A stretch of 64,000 nt of DNA from Eubacteriales bacterium (GCA_045593905.1 JAZNXL010000014.1:19848-83847), one strand, 5' to 3'; positions 37,901-47,935 are shown, counted from the stretch's first letter. Numbers and translations are program-made. Notes: generated from the sequence alone by a model not told the origin.

Positions 37901-38660
37901 ACTTAAAAGAGTTCTTTTAAATATAATAATGGTTATTTTGGTTGCGGTATTTGTGGCGTCGGCATTTATGATAGCTCGCCACTATATTCTCGATTATAAG
38001 TATAGAAAAGATTTTAAAAAAATATCTTACCTTGCGCCGCTTCCGTCATCGCAGCATACTGAACAAAGTGAACAAGAGCAGGAATATACTCCCGAAGAGT
38101 TTTATTTGTATTTAAAGTACCAAAACAACGATACTCGCGCGTATATTACAATTCCTGATACTGAGGTTGCATACCCTGTAATGTATACCTTTGATTCACC
38201 CGAATACTACCTGCGGCGTGATTTTAACAAAAAATACAGTCGCTACGGTACCCCGTTTTACGAAACAGGCTGTGTAGAGGACGGTAATACACGAATAATC
38301 TACGGCCATCACATTTCGGGCAACAAAATGTTTGGTGAGCTTTTAAATTATAAAAACAAAGACTACCTTGATGCTCACAACACAATATATTTATATAACG
38401 AAAACGGTGAGCAAAGCTACAGGGTAATCGCATCACTTTATACTTTGGGCAACGACCCTGACCAAATCTTTTGGCGTGCAATAACCGGTGTCTATACTGA
38501 AGAGGAATATTATTCCTACCTTGACGATATTAAGCAAAAAAGCACCGTATTTGATAGCTCGTTCACTCCTGAACCGTTTTCACAAATACTTATTCTATCC
38601 ACCTGTGAATACTCGAGAGAAGACGGAAGATTCTTGGTTGTTGCTGTAAAAACAAACTAA
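37893..38660 (+). CDS. srtB: class B sortase
   Basis: N-terminal TM anchor. Collinear with S. aureus SrtB by eye: IIYGHH (catalytic His), LILSTCE (catalytic Cys), GRFLVVAVK (Arg region). The start overlaps the WYL gene end by 8 nt. Confidence 0.88.
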   Translation: MIKLKRVLLNIIMVILVAVFVASAFMIARHYILDYKYRKDFKKISYLAPLPSSQHTEQSEQEQEYTPEEFYLYLKYQNNDTRAYITIPDTEVAYPVMYTFDSPEYYLRRDFNKKYSRYGTPFYETGCVEDGNTRIIYGHHISGNKMFGELLNYKNKDYLDAHNTIYLYNENGEQSYRVIASLYTLGNDPDQIFWRAITGVYTEEEYYSYLDDIKQKSTVFDSSFTPEPFSQILILSTCEYSREDGRFLVVAVKTN

Positions 38661-38684
38661 TTTTAACTTTAAATTTAATAATTA

Positions 38685-38731
38685 AACACGCATATATTTC
38701 AAACTTTAAGCGAAATATATGCGTGTTTTTT
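38685..38731 (+). terminator. rho-independent terminator after srtB
   Basis: 16-bp stem AACACGCATATATTTC / GAAATATATGCGTGTT followed by a T-run. Confidence 0.85.
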
Positions 38732-38779
38732 ATATTGTAAAAATATTTTAAAAATACTCAAAAAAAGTTTACATAATCG

Positions 38780-38808
38780 TTGACAATGGGGTGTAATTGT
38801 ATTATAAT
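38780..38808 (+). promoter_or_regulatory. dcw cluster promoter (Pmra)
   Basis: Consensus TTGACA, 17 nt, TATAAT. Confidence 0.75.
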
Positions 38809-38814
38809 AAATCC

Positions 38815-38842
38815 AAGTGGTGTCGCAGTGGTGACCAAGTGG
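38815..38842 (+). promoter_or_regulatory. putative MraZ operator: three direct (A/C)AGTGG repeats
   Basis: AAGTGG at 38815, CAGTGG at 38826 and AAGTGG at 38837, an exact 11-nt period. They lie immediately downstream of the -10 box and upstream of mraZ. Confidence 0.6.
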
Positions 38843-38877
38843 CATCTAAATGTCAAAAACGAAAGGCGGTGAATCAA

Positions 38878-39297
38878 GTGCTTAGCGGAACCTTTAATCA
38901 TACAGTTGACGACAAGGGCAGGGTAGTAATGCCTGTAAAATTTAAAAAAGAGCTGGGGCTTGAGTTTGTAATCACCGCAGGTTATGACGATTCACTTCTT
39001 ATAATGTCACTTGACGAGTGGAAAAAATTCACCGAGCGTTTTAATAACGCGCCACCCTCAAAAGTACGTTGGATAAAGCGCTACTTTTTAGGCAGCTTGT
39101 TTGAGGTGTCAACCGACAAACAGGGCAGAATGCAAATTCCGCAACAGCTTCGTGAAAAAATCGGTGTTCAAGATAGCGTCGTATTAGTGGGAACCGGCGA
39201 TATGGTTGAACTGTGGACTCCGGAGCGTTGGGAGGCATGTCAGAATATGCTTGACAGCGAAACAATCGCAACAAGTATGGATGAGTTGATTGTGTAA
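38878..39297 (+). CDS. mraZ: transcriptional regulator MraZ
   Basis: (V)LSGTFNHTVDDKGRVVMPVKFKKELG and second repeat VSTDKQGRMQIPQQLRE (duplicated SpoVT-AbrB motif). GTG at 38878 behind GAAAGGCGG. The ORF-track extension would cover the promoter. Confidence 0.9.
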   Translation: MLSGTFNHTVDDKGRVVMPVKFKKELGLEFVITAGYDDSLLIMSLDEWKKFTERFNNAPPSKVRWIKRYFLGSLFEVSTDKQGRMQIPQQLREKIGVQDSVVLVGTGDMVELWTPERWEACQNMLDSETIATSMDELIV

Positions 39298-40232
39298 TGG
39301 AATTTGTTCACTACAGCGTAATGAAAAACGAGTGTATTGAGTCGCTCAACATAAAGCCTGACGGTATTTATGTAGATTGTACACTCGGCGGCGCAGGTCA
39401 CAGCCTTCAAATTGCAAAGCGGCTTTCAAAAAACGGTCTTTTAATTGGTATTGACCGTGACCGAGAGGCAATAGCGGCAGCAACTGAACGGTTAAAAGAC
39501 TATAGCGACCGCGTAAAGCTTGTAAACAATAACTTTTGCAATATTAAAGATGTGCTCTTAGAGCTTGGTGTTGACAAGGTTGACGGAATACTGTTTGACC
39601 TTGGCGTTTCAAGCTACCAACTCGATAACGCAGAGCGTGGGTTTACCTACCGCTTTGACGCACCTCTCGATATGCGAATGTCGCAAACCGACACGCTAAC
39701 CGCTAAAGATGTTGTTAACACCTACTCAAAAGCTGAACTTGCAAAAATTCTTTTTGAGTACGGCGAAGAAAAGTTTGCAAATAAAATCGCGGCTGCAATA
39801 TGTAAAAGGCGCGAAATAGCACCAATAGAAACAACCTACCAATTAAACGATATTATAAAAAGCGTGTTTCCGCCCGATATGCGTTACGGCGAAAAACACC
39901 CCTCGAAACGCAGCTATCAGGCAATACGAATTGAGGTAAACGGCGAGCTTAAAATTTTAGAGGGCGCTATAAGAGATGCTGCCGACTCGTTAAAATCAGG
40001 CGGAATACTTGCGGTAATGACCTTTCACTCGCTTGAAGACCGCATAGTAAAAACAACAATTAAAGACCTTGCAACAGGTTGTACCTGTAACAAGAATATT
40101 CCTGTTTGCATTTGCAACAGAAAACAAGTCTTAAAACAAATAACAAAAAAACCTGTCACTGCAGGCGAGAGTGAGCTTGTTGAAAACAACCGCTCCAAAC
40201 CTGCAAAACTAAGAGTGGCACAAAAGATATAG
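39297..40232 (+). CDS. rsmH: 16S rRNA (cytosine1402-N4)-methyltransferase
   Basis: HYSVM..E......KPDGIYVDCTLGGAGHS; FDLGVSS.QLD; PAKLRV. Confidence 0.95.
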   Translation: MEFVHYSVMKNECIESLNIKPDGIYVDCTLGGAGHSLQIAKRLSKNGLLIGIDRDREAIAAATERLKDYSDRVKLVNNNFCNIKDVLLELGVDKVDGILFDLGVSSYQLDNAERGFTYRFDAPLDMRMSQTDTLTAKDVVNTYSKAELAKILFEYGEEKFANKIAAAICKRREIAPIETTYQLNDIIKSVFPPDMRYGEKHPSKRSYQAIRIEVNGELKILEGAIRDAADSLKSGGILAVMTFHSLEDRIVKTTIKDLATGCTCNKNIPVCICNRKQVLKQITKKPVTAGESELVENNRSKPAKLRVAQKI

Positions 40233-40245
40233 GGATTAATAAAGG

Positions 40246-40638
40246 ATGAAAAAAGTAAAAAACACAAAAAAGAAATACTTTACCCCTTTTACACTGTTTG
40301 CATCGATTGTGTGCGTGGCTTTAGCTGTGTTTGTTCTTAACGGCTACATTTCGCTTAACGAACTTGCTATAACCAACGCGAAAATGGAAAAAGAGCTTCA
40401 GTCGCTTTGCGACCAAAACACAGTTTTAGAGCTTGAAATTGAGCGCAAAAACTCGCTTGGCAATATCGAAGAGATTGCCACCGAACAGCTTAGCATGGTA
40501 AAACTTCAGTCGTACCAAATTCACGCGGTTAACCTTGCAAACGACGACAGTGTTGAAATTGCTGCGCCGTCAAACGACTCAAGTCTTTTTGACGGAATAG
40601 TTGCAAGCTTTAACATCCTTGTGGAATATTTGAACTAA
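40246..40638 (+). CDS. ftsL: cell division protein FtsL-like (TM + coiled coil)
   Basis: 130 aa, a single TM (FTLFASIVCVALAVFVL) followed by a coiled coil. Occupies the canonical position after rsmH. Confidence 0.6.
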   Translation: MKKVKNTKKKYFTPFTLFASIVCVALAVFVLNGYISLNELAITNAKMEKELQSLCDQNTVLELEIERKNSLGNIEEIATEQLSMVKLQSYQIHAVNLANDDSVEIAAPSNDSSLFDGIVASFNILVEYLN

Positions 40639-40720
40639 AGCATAATAAAATTAAATGAGCGGGAGGTATTTTTAAAAAATGGCTTACCCGCTTTTTATTG
40701 TTTAATACGAGGCATAAAAA

Positions 40721-42967
40721 ATGGCTAAATCACCCGATAAAAATATGATATTTAGAAGCGCTATAGTAATCGGCGTTATTTTTGTGGTTGTTGGCGTACT
40801 TATTTTCTTTTTGGCAAGGTACCAGATTATCGAGTACGATTTGTATCAGTCCCGAGCAATCTCGCAACAAACGTTAAACACCACCATCAACGCAAACCGC
40901 GGCAAAATCACCGACTGCAACGGCGTTGAGCTTGCTGTGTCAAAAACAGTAAAAACGGTATACATAAGCCCAAAGAATATTAAAAACGAAACCGAGGCGC
41001 GCGATATTGCAAAAAACCTTTCTGAAATTTTAGAGGTTGACTACGAGCGCGTTTACCAAAAAACACAAAAGAACAACTTTTACGAGGTAATAAAGCGCAA
41101 GGTCGAAAACGATATTGCCGATAAGGTTCGCGAATATGTCAGCAAGAGCAAGGTTACAGGCGTTCATCTTATTGACGATACCAAGCGCTACTACCCCTAT
41201 AACAACCTCGCATCGCACATAATCGGCTTTGTAGGTACCGATAACACAGGTCTTGACGGTGTTGAGCTTACATACAACAAATATCTTTCGGGTACAAACG
41301 GAAAGCTTATTACAGCAAAAAACAATGCAGGTAGCGAACTGCCCATCGAGTACGAAACTTACGTGCCTGCGCAAGACGGCAACACCGTTAGGTTAACTAT
41401 TGACTCAACTGTTCAGTACTACCTCGAAAAGCATATTGAACAGGCGCGCGAGGATAATAAATGTTTAAACGGCGCTGCGGGTATAATAATGGATGTAAAC
41501 ACAGGCGCAATTCTTGCAATGACATCAAAGCCCGACTACGATTTAAACGCGTACCAGACAATTACCGACTCACTTTTAACACAAGAGCTCGAAAACTATA
41601 AGCCCGACGAGAGCGACGAAAACTCGCTTACAGTCGAAGAAAAAGAGTCACAACTTGTTAATAAGATGCACCGTAACAAGCTGATTGTTGATACTTATGA
41701 GCCAGGTTCTACCTTTAAAATACTTACTACTGCAATGGCAGTTGAAGAAAACGTTGTAAACGATAACAGCTCGTTCTACTGCCCCGGTTATAAGGTTGTT
41801 GCCGGCAGACGTATTGCTTGCTGGAAGCACGGCGGTCACGGTGCGCAAAACCTTGCAACTGCAATTCAAAACTCTTGTAACCCTGCGTTTATGTCAATTG
41901 CAGAGTTTGTAACAAACTCGAGCTTTATAAACTACTACAAAAACTTTGGCTTGACCGAGCGCACAGGCGTTGACCTTACAGGTGAGGCTACAGGCATTTT
42001 CCACGCAAAAGGCACCTTTAACGAGGTTGAGCTTGCAACTGCATCATTCGGTCAGCGTTTTAAGGTAACACCAATACAAATGATTACCGCTGTAGCATCG
42101 GTTGCAAACGGCGGATACCTTATAACACCGCACGTTGTAAAAGATATTGTTTCAGAAGACGAAAACGGCAAATCAACAGTTGTAAAATCAGTTGAAAGCG
42201 GTGTTAAGCGTCAGGTAATATCAAAGAGCACATCAACCAAGGTAAGCGACCTTTTGGAACAGGTTGTATCGGTCGGTTCAGGTAAAAACGCATACGTAAA
42301 AGGCTACCGCGTTGCAGGTAAAACAGGTACTTCTGAAAAGCTTGGCAGCGAAACTACTACAGGCGAAGAAGAATATATTGCATCGTTTATTGGCTTTGCG
42401 CCTGCTGACGACCCGCAAATTGCAATTCTTGTTATGCTCGACGAGCCAAGCGGCGGCGAGTACTTTGGCGGTCTTACTGCAGCCCCTGTTGCAGGTAAAA
42501 TTTTAACCGATGTATTGCCATACCTTGAAATTGCAGCTGAGTACACAACCGAGGAGCTTGCAACACTTGATACATCAGTACCTTCACTTATTGGTACCGA
42601 TACCGACAAAGCAATAAAAGAGCTTGCTAACAAAGGCTTAAAATATAAGATTGTAGGCGGCGAAGGTGAAATTGAACACCAAATGCCCAAAAACGGCACA
42701 CTTATTCCAAAAAACGGTACCGTTGTTCTTTATACAAACGGCAAAGAGCCGTCAGCTACAGTCACCGTTCCCGATATTACAAAGATGAGTATAGCGGGCG
42801 CTACAAAAATGATTTCTAACTACGGTCTTAACCTAAAACTCATAGGCAACGAGAGTACCAAAAACACGGCGCTTATTGCAACGCAATCACCTGCCGCAGG
42901 TACTGTTGTAGAGGCGGGCACCGTAATAACCGCAAACTACAAAAACTACGACGGCGTTTCAAACTAA
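40721..42967 (+). CDS. class B penicillin-binding protein with two PASTA domains (SpoVD/FtsI-type)
   Basis: Transpeptidase motifs STFK, SCN and KTGTS. N-terminal TM and dimerisation domain. Two C-terminal PASTA-like repeats. Confidence 0.9.
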   Translation: MAKSPDKNMIFRSAIVIGVIFVVVGVLIFFLARYQIIEYDLYQSRAISQQTLNTTINANRGKITDCNGVELAVSKTVKTVYISPKNIKNETEARDIAKNLSEILEVDYERVYQKTQKNNFYEVIKRKVENDIADKVREYVSKSKVTGVHLIDDTKRYYPYNNLASHIIGFVGTDNTGLDGVELTYNKYLSGTNGKLITAKNNAGSELPIEYETYVPAQDGNTVRLTIDSTVQYYLEKHIEQAREDNKCLNGAAGIIMDVNTGAILAMTSKPDYDLNAYQTITDSLLTQELENYKPDESDENSLTVEEKESQLVNKMHRNKLIVDTYEPGSTFKILTTAMAVEENVVNDNSSFYCPGYKVVAGRRIACWKHGGHGAQNLATAIQNSCNPAFMSIAEFVTNSSFINYYKNFGLTERTGVDLTGEATGIFHAKGTFNEVELATASFGQRFKVTPIQMITAVASVANGGYLITPHVVKDIVSEDENGKSTVVKSVESGVKRQVISKSTSTKVSDLLEQVVSVGSGKNAYVKGYRVAGKTGTSEKLGSETTTGEEEYIASFIGFAPADDPQIAILVMLDEPSGGEYFGGLTAAPVAGKILTDVLPYLEIAAEYTTEELATLDTSVPSLIGTDTDKAIKELANKGLKYKIVGGEGEIEHQMPKNGTLIPKNGTVVLYTNGKEPSATVTVPDITKMSIAGATKMISNYGLNLKLIGNESTKNTALIATQSPAAGTVVEAGTVITANYKNYDGVSN

Positions 42968-42979
42968 CGGAGGAAACTG

Positions 42980-44422
42980 ATGAAACTGTCATACCTTGCA
43001 TCAACAATAACATCACAAACAGACCTTGCCGATATTGATATCACAGGCGTATTTTTCGACTCGCGCAAGGTGATAAAAAACTCGCTTTTTGTGTGTATTA
43101 AGGGCGAGAGCGTTGACGGTCATAACTATGCTAAAAACGCCGAGATTGCAGGTGCTGCGGTAATTGTTGCCGAGCATCAGACCGAAAGCTCTTTACCGCA
43201 TATTATTGTTGACGATGCACGAATTGCAATGTCGCGTCTTTCGGCAATGTGGTTTGGTAACCCTCAAAACAAGCTCAAGTTTATTGGCATAACAGGTACA
43301 AACGGCAAAACCTCTACCGCGTTTTATGTAAAGCGCATACTCGATAATATGGGCAAAAAAACAGGTATGATAGGCACAGTTTGTAATATTATTTGCGACA
43401 AGGTATACACCGCATCAGTTACTACCCCCGAGCCGTATGCACTTTATGGCCTTCTTGCCCAAATGGTCGATGCGGGTGTTGAATATGTTGTAATGGAGGT
43501 ATCGTCGCACTCGCTCGTTCAAAACAGAGTATACGGCATAACCTTTGAAACAGCGGTGTTTACAAATCTTACTCAAGACCACCTCGACTACCATAAAACA
43601 ATGGAAAACTACAAGGCTGCAAAAGCGCTTTTGTTTAATGTTTCAAAATCGGCAGTAATTAATATTGACGATAAAACAGGCAAAGAATATTACGACTCGG
43701 TAGAGTGCAAAAAATACAGTTATTCAACCCTTTATAACAGTGCAGACTTTGTTGGAAAAGATATTAAAATCAAGCCCTCGGGCGTAAACTTTTTAGCGGT
43801 AACCCTTGGCGGTATCGCGCGTGTTGGCGTGTCGTCACCCGGCGGCTTTACAGTATATAACGCACTCGGCGCAATAGGTGCCGTTTGTGCGCTCGGTTTC
43901 AGGTTTATCGACATTATTGAGCACCTTTTAACACTCGGCGGTGTTGACGGTAGAGCGCAAATTATAAGCGGTGAGCGTGATTATACCGTTATGATTGACT
44001 ACGCACACACACCCGACGGACTTAAAAATATTTTGTCTTCGGTTAAAAAATATGCAAAAGCAAGGGTAATAACACTCTTTGGTTGCGGCGGTGACCGCGA
44101 CAAAACCAAGCGTCCTATTATGGCGCAAGTTGCATGTGAATACTCTGACTACGTTGTGGTAACCTCAGATAACCCACGCACTGAAGACCCTATGCAAATT
44201 ATTAACGATATTTTGGTAGGCATAACCCTTCCGAAATCGCAATATACAGTAATAGAAAATCGCGAAAAGGCAATTTACCACGCAATTGATCTGGCAAAGC
44301 CTGACGATATTGTAGTTTTGGCGGGTAAAGGCCACGAAAAATACCAAATTTTAAAAGACGGCAAGGTTGACTTTGACGAAGAGGCAATAGCCATAAAAAT
44401 AATGGAACAGTTACAAAAATGA
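42980..44422 (+). CDS. murE: UDP-N-acetylmuramoyl-L-alanyl-D-glutamate--2,6-diaminopimelate ligase
   Basis: GITGTNGKTST P-loop. DNPR motif (SDNPRTEDP), which is associated with meso-DAP specificity. Confidence 0.93.
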   Translation: MKLSYLASTITSQTDLADIDITGVFFDSRKVIKNSLFVCIKGESVDGHNYAKNAEIAGAAVIVAEHQTESSLPHIIVDDARIAMSRLSAMWFGNPQNKLKFIGITGTNGKTSTAFYVKRILDNMGKKTGMIGTVCNIICDKVYTASVTTPEPYALYGLLAQMVDAGVEYVVMEVSSHSLVQNRVYGITFETAVFTNLTQDHLDYHKTMENYKAAKALLFNVSKSAVINIDDKTGKEYYDSVECKKYSYSTLYNSADFVGKDIKIKPSGVNFLAVTLGGIARVGVSSPGGFTVYNALGAIGAVCALGFRFIDIIEHLLTLGGVDGRAQIISGERDYTVMIDYAHTPDGLKNILSSVKKYAKARVITLFGCGGDRDKTKRPIMAQVACEYSDYVVVTSDNPRTEDPMQIINDILVGITLPKSQYTVIENREKAIYHAIDLAKPDDIVVLAGKGHEKYQILKDGKVDFDEEAIAIKIMEQLQK

Positions 44423-45747
44423 ATCTAACACTAAAAACAATCGCAAAGGCTACAGGCGGCACGCTCTACGGAGATGACAGTGCCGTTTTTGAGCTTGTAA
44501 CAGACTCAAGACAGGTAAAGGCAGGCTGCATTTTTGCTGCCTTAAAAGGCGAGCGCGTTGACGGTCACGATTTTATAAAAAACCTCGATGCTATCGACGG
44601 CGTTGCTTACCTTGTGTCAAAAAAACAAGACGGCGTTAAAAATTCGCAAATTGTTGTTGACGACGTGCTTGTGGCAATAGGCAAAATCGCACGCGAGCAC
44701 CTTGATAGCTTAAATATTAAAAAGGTTGCAATTACAGGCAGCGTGGGCAAAACCACCACAAAAGAATTTATTAAAACTGTTTTGCAAACTGTTACAAAAG
44801 TGCACTATGCAAAGGGTAACTTTAATAACGAGCTGGGGCTTCCGCTTACAGCACTCGGCGCAACTGAGGAGCATAGCGTAGCGGTGCTTGAAATGGGTAT
44901 GCGAGGCAAAGGTCAAATTGACTACCTTTGTAATATTGCAAAGCCCGATGTTGCCGTAATTACAAACATAGGCATAAGCCATATTGAACTTTTGGGCAGC
45001 CGCGAAAACATACTAAAAGCAAAGCTTGAAATTGTAGATAATCTCGATAAAAACGGTGTTGCCGTTCTAAACGGCGATGACGATATGCTAATAACCGCAA
45101 AAACAGATAAAAAAGTGCTGTGGTATGGCATTAACAATAAAGATTGCGACATACTTGCAAAAGACGTTGTCGATAATAAATATACGCTATGCGTAAACGG
45201 TAACGAATACCCCGTAACACTTGGCGTTTTGGGTGTTCACAACGTTTATAATTCACTTGCCGCAATCGGCGTTGGCTTAACTCTTGGCTACGATATTAAC
45301 GATATTTTGAAGGGTGTAGAGTCGTTTACGGGTGACGGCAGCCGCCAAAGTATTTATAGCTTTAACGGTGTTACCTTTTTTGACGATACCTATAACGCAT
45401 CGCCCGACTCAATGAAGGCTTCAATGTCGGTATTTAAAGACTTAAAGGGCGACAAGGTGCTTGTTCTTGCCAATATGTTTGAGCTTGGCGAGCTTACAAA
45501 ACCTGCGCATACCGGCTTAAAAGACGCAGTAATTTCTACTAACCCTAAATGCGTAATATTAATAGGCGAGTATATGAAATATCTTTACGACGTGCTCGAT
45601 ATAAAAAATAAATACTACTGCGACTCAAACGAAACCGCGCTTGAAGTTTTAAAACAAGTAGTAAAATGCGGCGATGCCGTGCTTTTTAAAGGCTCAAACG
45701 GTATGAACCTTGCATCACTTGTATCCGAATTTAAAAAGGAGCTATAA
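44419..45747 (+). CDS. murF: UDP-N-acetylmuramoyl-tripeptide--D-alanyl-D-alanine ligase
   Basis: ITGSVGKTTTKE P-loop, DDTYNASPDSM. Overlaps the murE stop. Confidence 0.93.
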   Translation: MNLTLKTIAKATGGTLYGDDSAVFELVTDSRQVKAGCIFAALKGERVDGHDFIKNLDAIDGVAYLVSKKQDGVKNSQIVVDDVLVAIGKIAREHLDSLNIKKVAITGSVGKTTTKEFIKTVLQTVTKVHYAKGNFNNELGLPLTALGATEEHSVAVLEMGMRGKGQIDYLCNIAKPDVAVITNIGISHIELLGSRENILKAKLEIVDNLDKNGVAVLNGDDDMLITAKTDKKVLWYGINNKDCDILAKDVVDNKYTLCVNGNEYPVTLGVLGVHNVYNSLAAIGVGLTLGYDINDILKGVESFTGDGSRQSIYSFNGVTFFDDTYNASPDSMKASMSVFKDLKGDKVLVLANMFELGELTKPAHTGLKDAVISTNPKCVILIGEYMKYLYDVLDIKNKYYCDSNETALEVLKQVVKCGDAVLFKGSNGMNLASLVSEFKKEL

Positions 45748-45748
45748 A

Positions 45749-46759
45749 ATGGGACTTTACATAATACTTGCAATATTTTTAACCTTTATTCTTACAGTTG
45801 CGTTTGCACCGCTTGTGCTTCCGTTTTTACGCAAACTCAAGTTTGGCCAAAGCATACTCGAAATAGGCCCCGCATGGCATAAAACCAAACAGGGCACACC
45901 TACGGTAGGCGGTATTATTTTTATAATTCCCATACTTGTTATAACACTAATTCTTGGCGCAAAAAGTGTTTTTTCGTCAGACCTTAAAACTCTTTTTACC
46001 GTAATATTTGTGCTTTTGTGCGGTGTTGTAGGCTTTATTGATGACTATACCAAAATTACCAAAAAACACAATCAGGGCCTAACAGTCCGCCAAAAAACAA
46101 TTCTTTTGTTGGCGGTTATTGCCCTCTACCTTGGTGCTATGTACTTGACAGGCAACATAACCACCGATATTTTTGTGCCGTTTATTAATAAACGCTTACA
46201 TCTTTCATATTTTTACTTTTTATTAATACTTCCGTTTATATTCTTTTTTGTAAACTCAGTAAACTTAACCGATGGTCTTGACGGACTTGTTACAAGCGTT
46301 ACAATTCCTTATACGCTTGCTTTTATTGTGGTAGCACTTGTGTATAACGCGGTAGGTAACGGCAACGTTGGTGTTGCGGTGCTTGCGGCTTGTGCATTTG
46401 GCGGTCTTTTTGGCTTTTTAATTTATAACTTTCACCCTGCAAAAGTGTTTATGGGCGATACCGGCTCGCTGTTTTTAGGCGCGCTCGTTGTAGGCCTTGC
46501 AATGTGCTACGATATGCCGTACTTTATTTTAATAGGCGGTATTGTTTACCTTATCGAAGGTCTTTCGGTAGTAATGCAGGTTGGCTACTTTAAGCTCACA
46601 CACGGCAAACGCATATTCAAAATGACTCCTATTCACCACCATTTTGAAATGTGCAAATGGAGCGAGGTTAAAATTGTTATAATATTTACAATCATATCGC
46701 TTATTGCTTCGGCGGTTGCTCTTTGGGGCGTTATAAACTCGTCAATATATAGGTTTTAG
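45749..46759 (+). CDS. mraY: phospho-N-acetylmuramoyl-pentapeptide transferase
   Basis: KQGTPTVGG, NLTDGLDGL, GDTGSL and HHHFE motifs. ATG at 45749 behind AAAAGGAG, just after the murF stop. Confidence 0.95.
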   Translation: MGLYIILAIFLTFILTVAFAPLVLPFLRKLKFGQSILEIGPAWHKTKQGTPTVGGIIFIIPILVITLILGAKSVFSSDLKTLFTVIFVLLCGVVGFIDDYTKITKKHNQGLTVRQKTILLLAVIALYLGAMYLTGNITTDIFVPFINKRLHLSYFYFLLILPFIFFFVNSVNLTDGLDGLVTSVTIPYTLAFIVVALVYNAVGNGNVGVAVLAACAFGGLFGFLIYNFHPAKVFMGDTGSLFLGALVVGLAMCYDMPYFILIGGIVYLIEGLSVVMQVGYFKLTHGKRIFKMTPIHHHFEMCKWSEVKIVIIFTIISLIASAVALWGVINSSIYRF

Positions 46760-46767
46760 GATATTTT

Positions 46768-47922
46768 ATGAAAAAAACAAAACAAAAAAAATCGCTTACG
46801 GCACCTAAAAAGCCGCTTAATCTGGGCACGGTTGATATACCGTTTTTGGTGCTTGTAATAATACTCTTGGTGTTTGGGCTTATAATGGTTGCATCATCAA
46901 GCTACGTTTTTGCGCTATATAAGTACGGCGACAGCTACTACTATATCAAGCGCCAGCTTGCCTTTGCCATAATAGGCATTGTCGGTATGCTGGTTGTTGC
47001 CTTTTTTGATTACCACCACCTACGAAAATGGGCGTTCCCCATTCTTATAATATCGGTGGCATTGTTAATACTTGTACTAATACCAATACCCGGCATTAGT
47101 ATTAAGGCAAACGGCGCACGGCGTTGGCTTAATTTCGGCGTTCAGTTTCAGCCTTCAGAGATTGCAAAGCTTGCAATAATTATTACCTTTGCATCGTACA
47201 TCTCGGCAAACTATAAGCACATGAAAAAGTTTAAGGTCGGCGTATTACCGCTTGCGCTTACACTTATTGCGGTTGTAGGTCTTGTTGTATTAGAGCCACA
47301 CCTTTCAGGTGCGCTTTTAATACTTGCAATAGGCGCAATTTTAATGTTTGTAGGCGGTGTTGCGTACCGCTATATATTTGGTGCTATCGGTATTGCGGCG
47401 GCAGGCCTTGGCGGTGTGCTTTTGTTCACACCCTATATGCAAAGCCGTATTAAAATGTGGCTCGACCCGTTTTCAGATGCACAGGGCAAGGGCTATCAGG
47501 TTATTCAGTCGCTTTATGCTATCGGCTCGGGAGGTATTTTTGGTCTTGGTCTTGGTCAGTCGCGCCAAAAACACCTGTACATTCCCGAACCGCAAAACGA
47601 CTATATCTTTTCAATTATTGCCGAAGAACTTGGTTTTGTAGGCTGTATATTTTTAATAATTCTATTTGTAATGCTTATATGGCGCGGCTTTATGATAGCG
47701 TTTCACGCAAAGGATAAGTTCGGCGCATTGCTTGTAATAGGCATAATATCTCGTGTTGCAGTTCAAACGCTTCTTAATATCGGCGTTGTTACAAACGCTT
47801 TGCCCTCAACAGGTATTTCGCTTCCGTTCTTTAGCTACGGCGGTACTGCACTTGTTGTGCTGCTGGGTGAAATGGGAATTGTACTGTCGGTATCACGGCT
47901 TAGCCATATAGAAAAGGCATAG
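46768..47922 (+). CDS. ftsW: SEDS-family peptidoglycan polymerase FtsW/SpoVE
   Basis: 10-TM SEDS pattern, QPSEIAKL, PE.QNDYIFS and LPSTGISLPFFSYGGT. Confidence 0.9.
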   Translation: MKKTKQKKSLTAPKKPLNLGTVDIPFLVLVIILLVFGLIMVASSSYVFALYKYGDSYYYIKRQLAFAIIGIVGMLVVAFFDYHHLRKWAFPILIISVALLILVLIPIPGISIKANGARRWLNFGVQFQPSEIAKLAIIITFASYISANYKHMKKFKVGVLPLALTLIAVVGLVVLEPHLSGALLILAIGAILMFVGGVAYRYIFGAIGIAAAGLGGVLLFTPYMQSRIKMWLDPFSDAQGKGYQVIQSLYAIGSGGIFGLGLGQSRQKHLYIPEPQNDYIFSIIAEELGFVGCIFLIILFVMLIWRGFMIAFHAKDKFGALLVIGIISRVAVQTLLNIGVVTNALPSTGISLPFFSYGGTALVVLLGEMGIVLSVSRLSHIEKA

Positions 47923-47935
47923 GGGGCTTTATTTT

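Noticed and set aside
38797-38877. Upstream extension of the mraZ ORF.
   Set aside because: It would start inside the -10 box and read through the putative operator. MraZ homologues begin near the GTG at 38878, which has an RBS.
40657-40700. Possible hairpin plus T-run between ftsL and the PBP gene.
   Set aside because: It has only a 6-bp stem (AGCGGG/CCCGCT) with a ~25-nt loop. That is too weak to call a terminator inside an essential operon.
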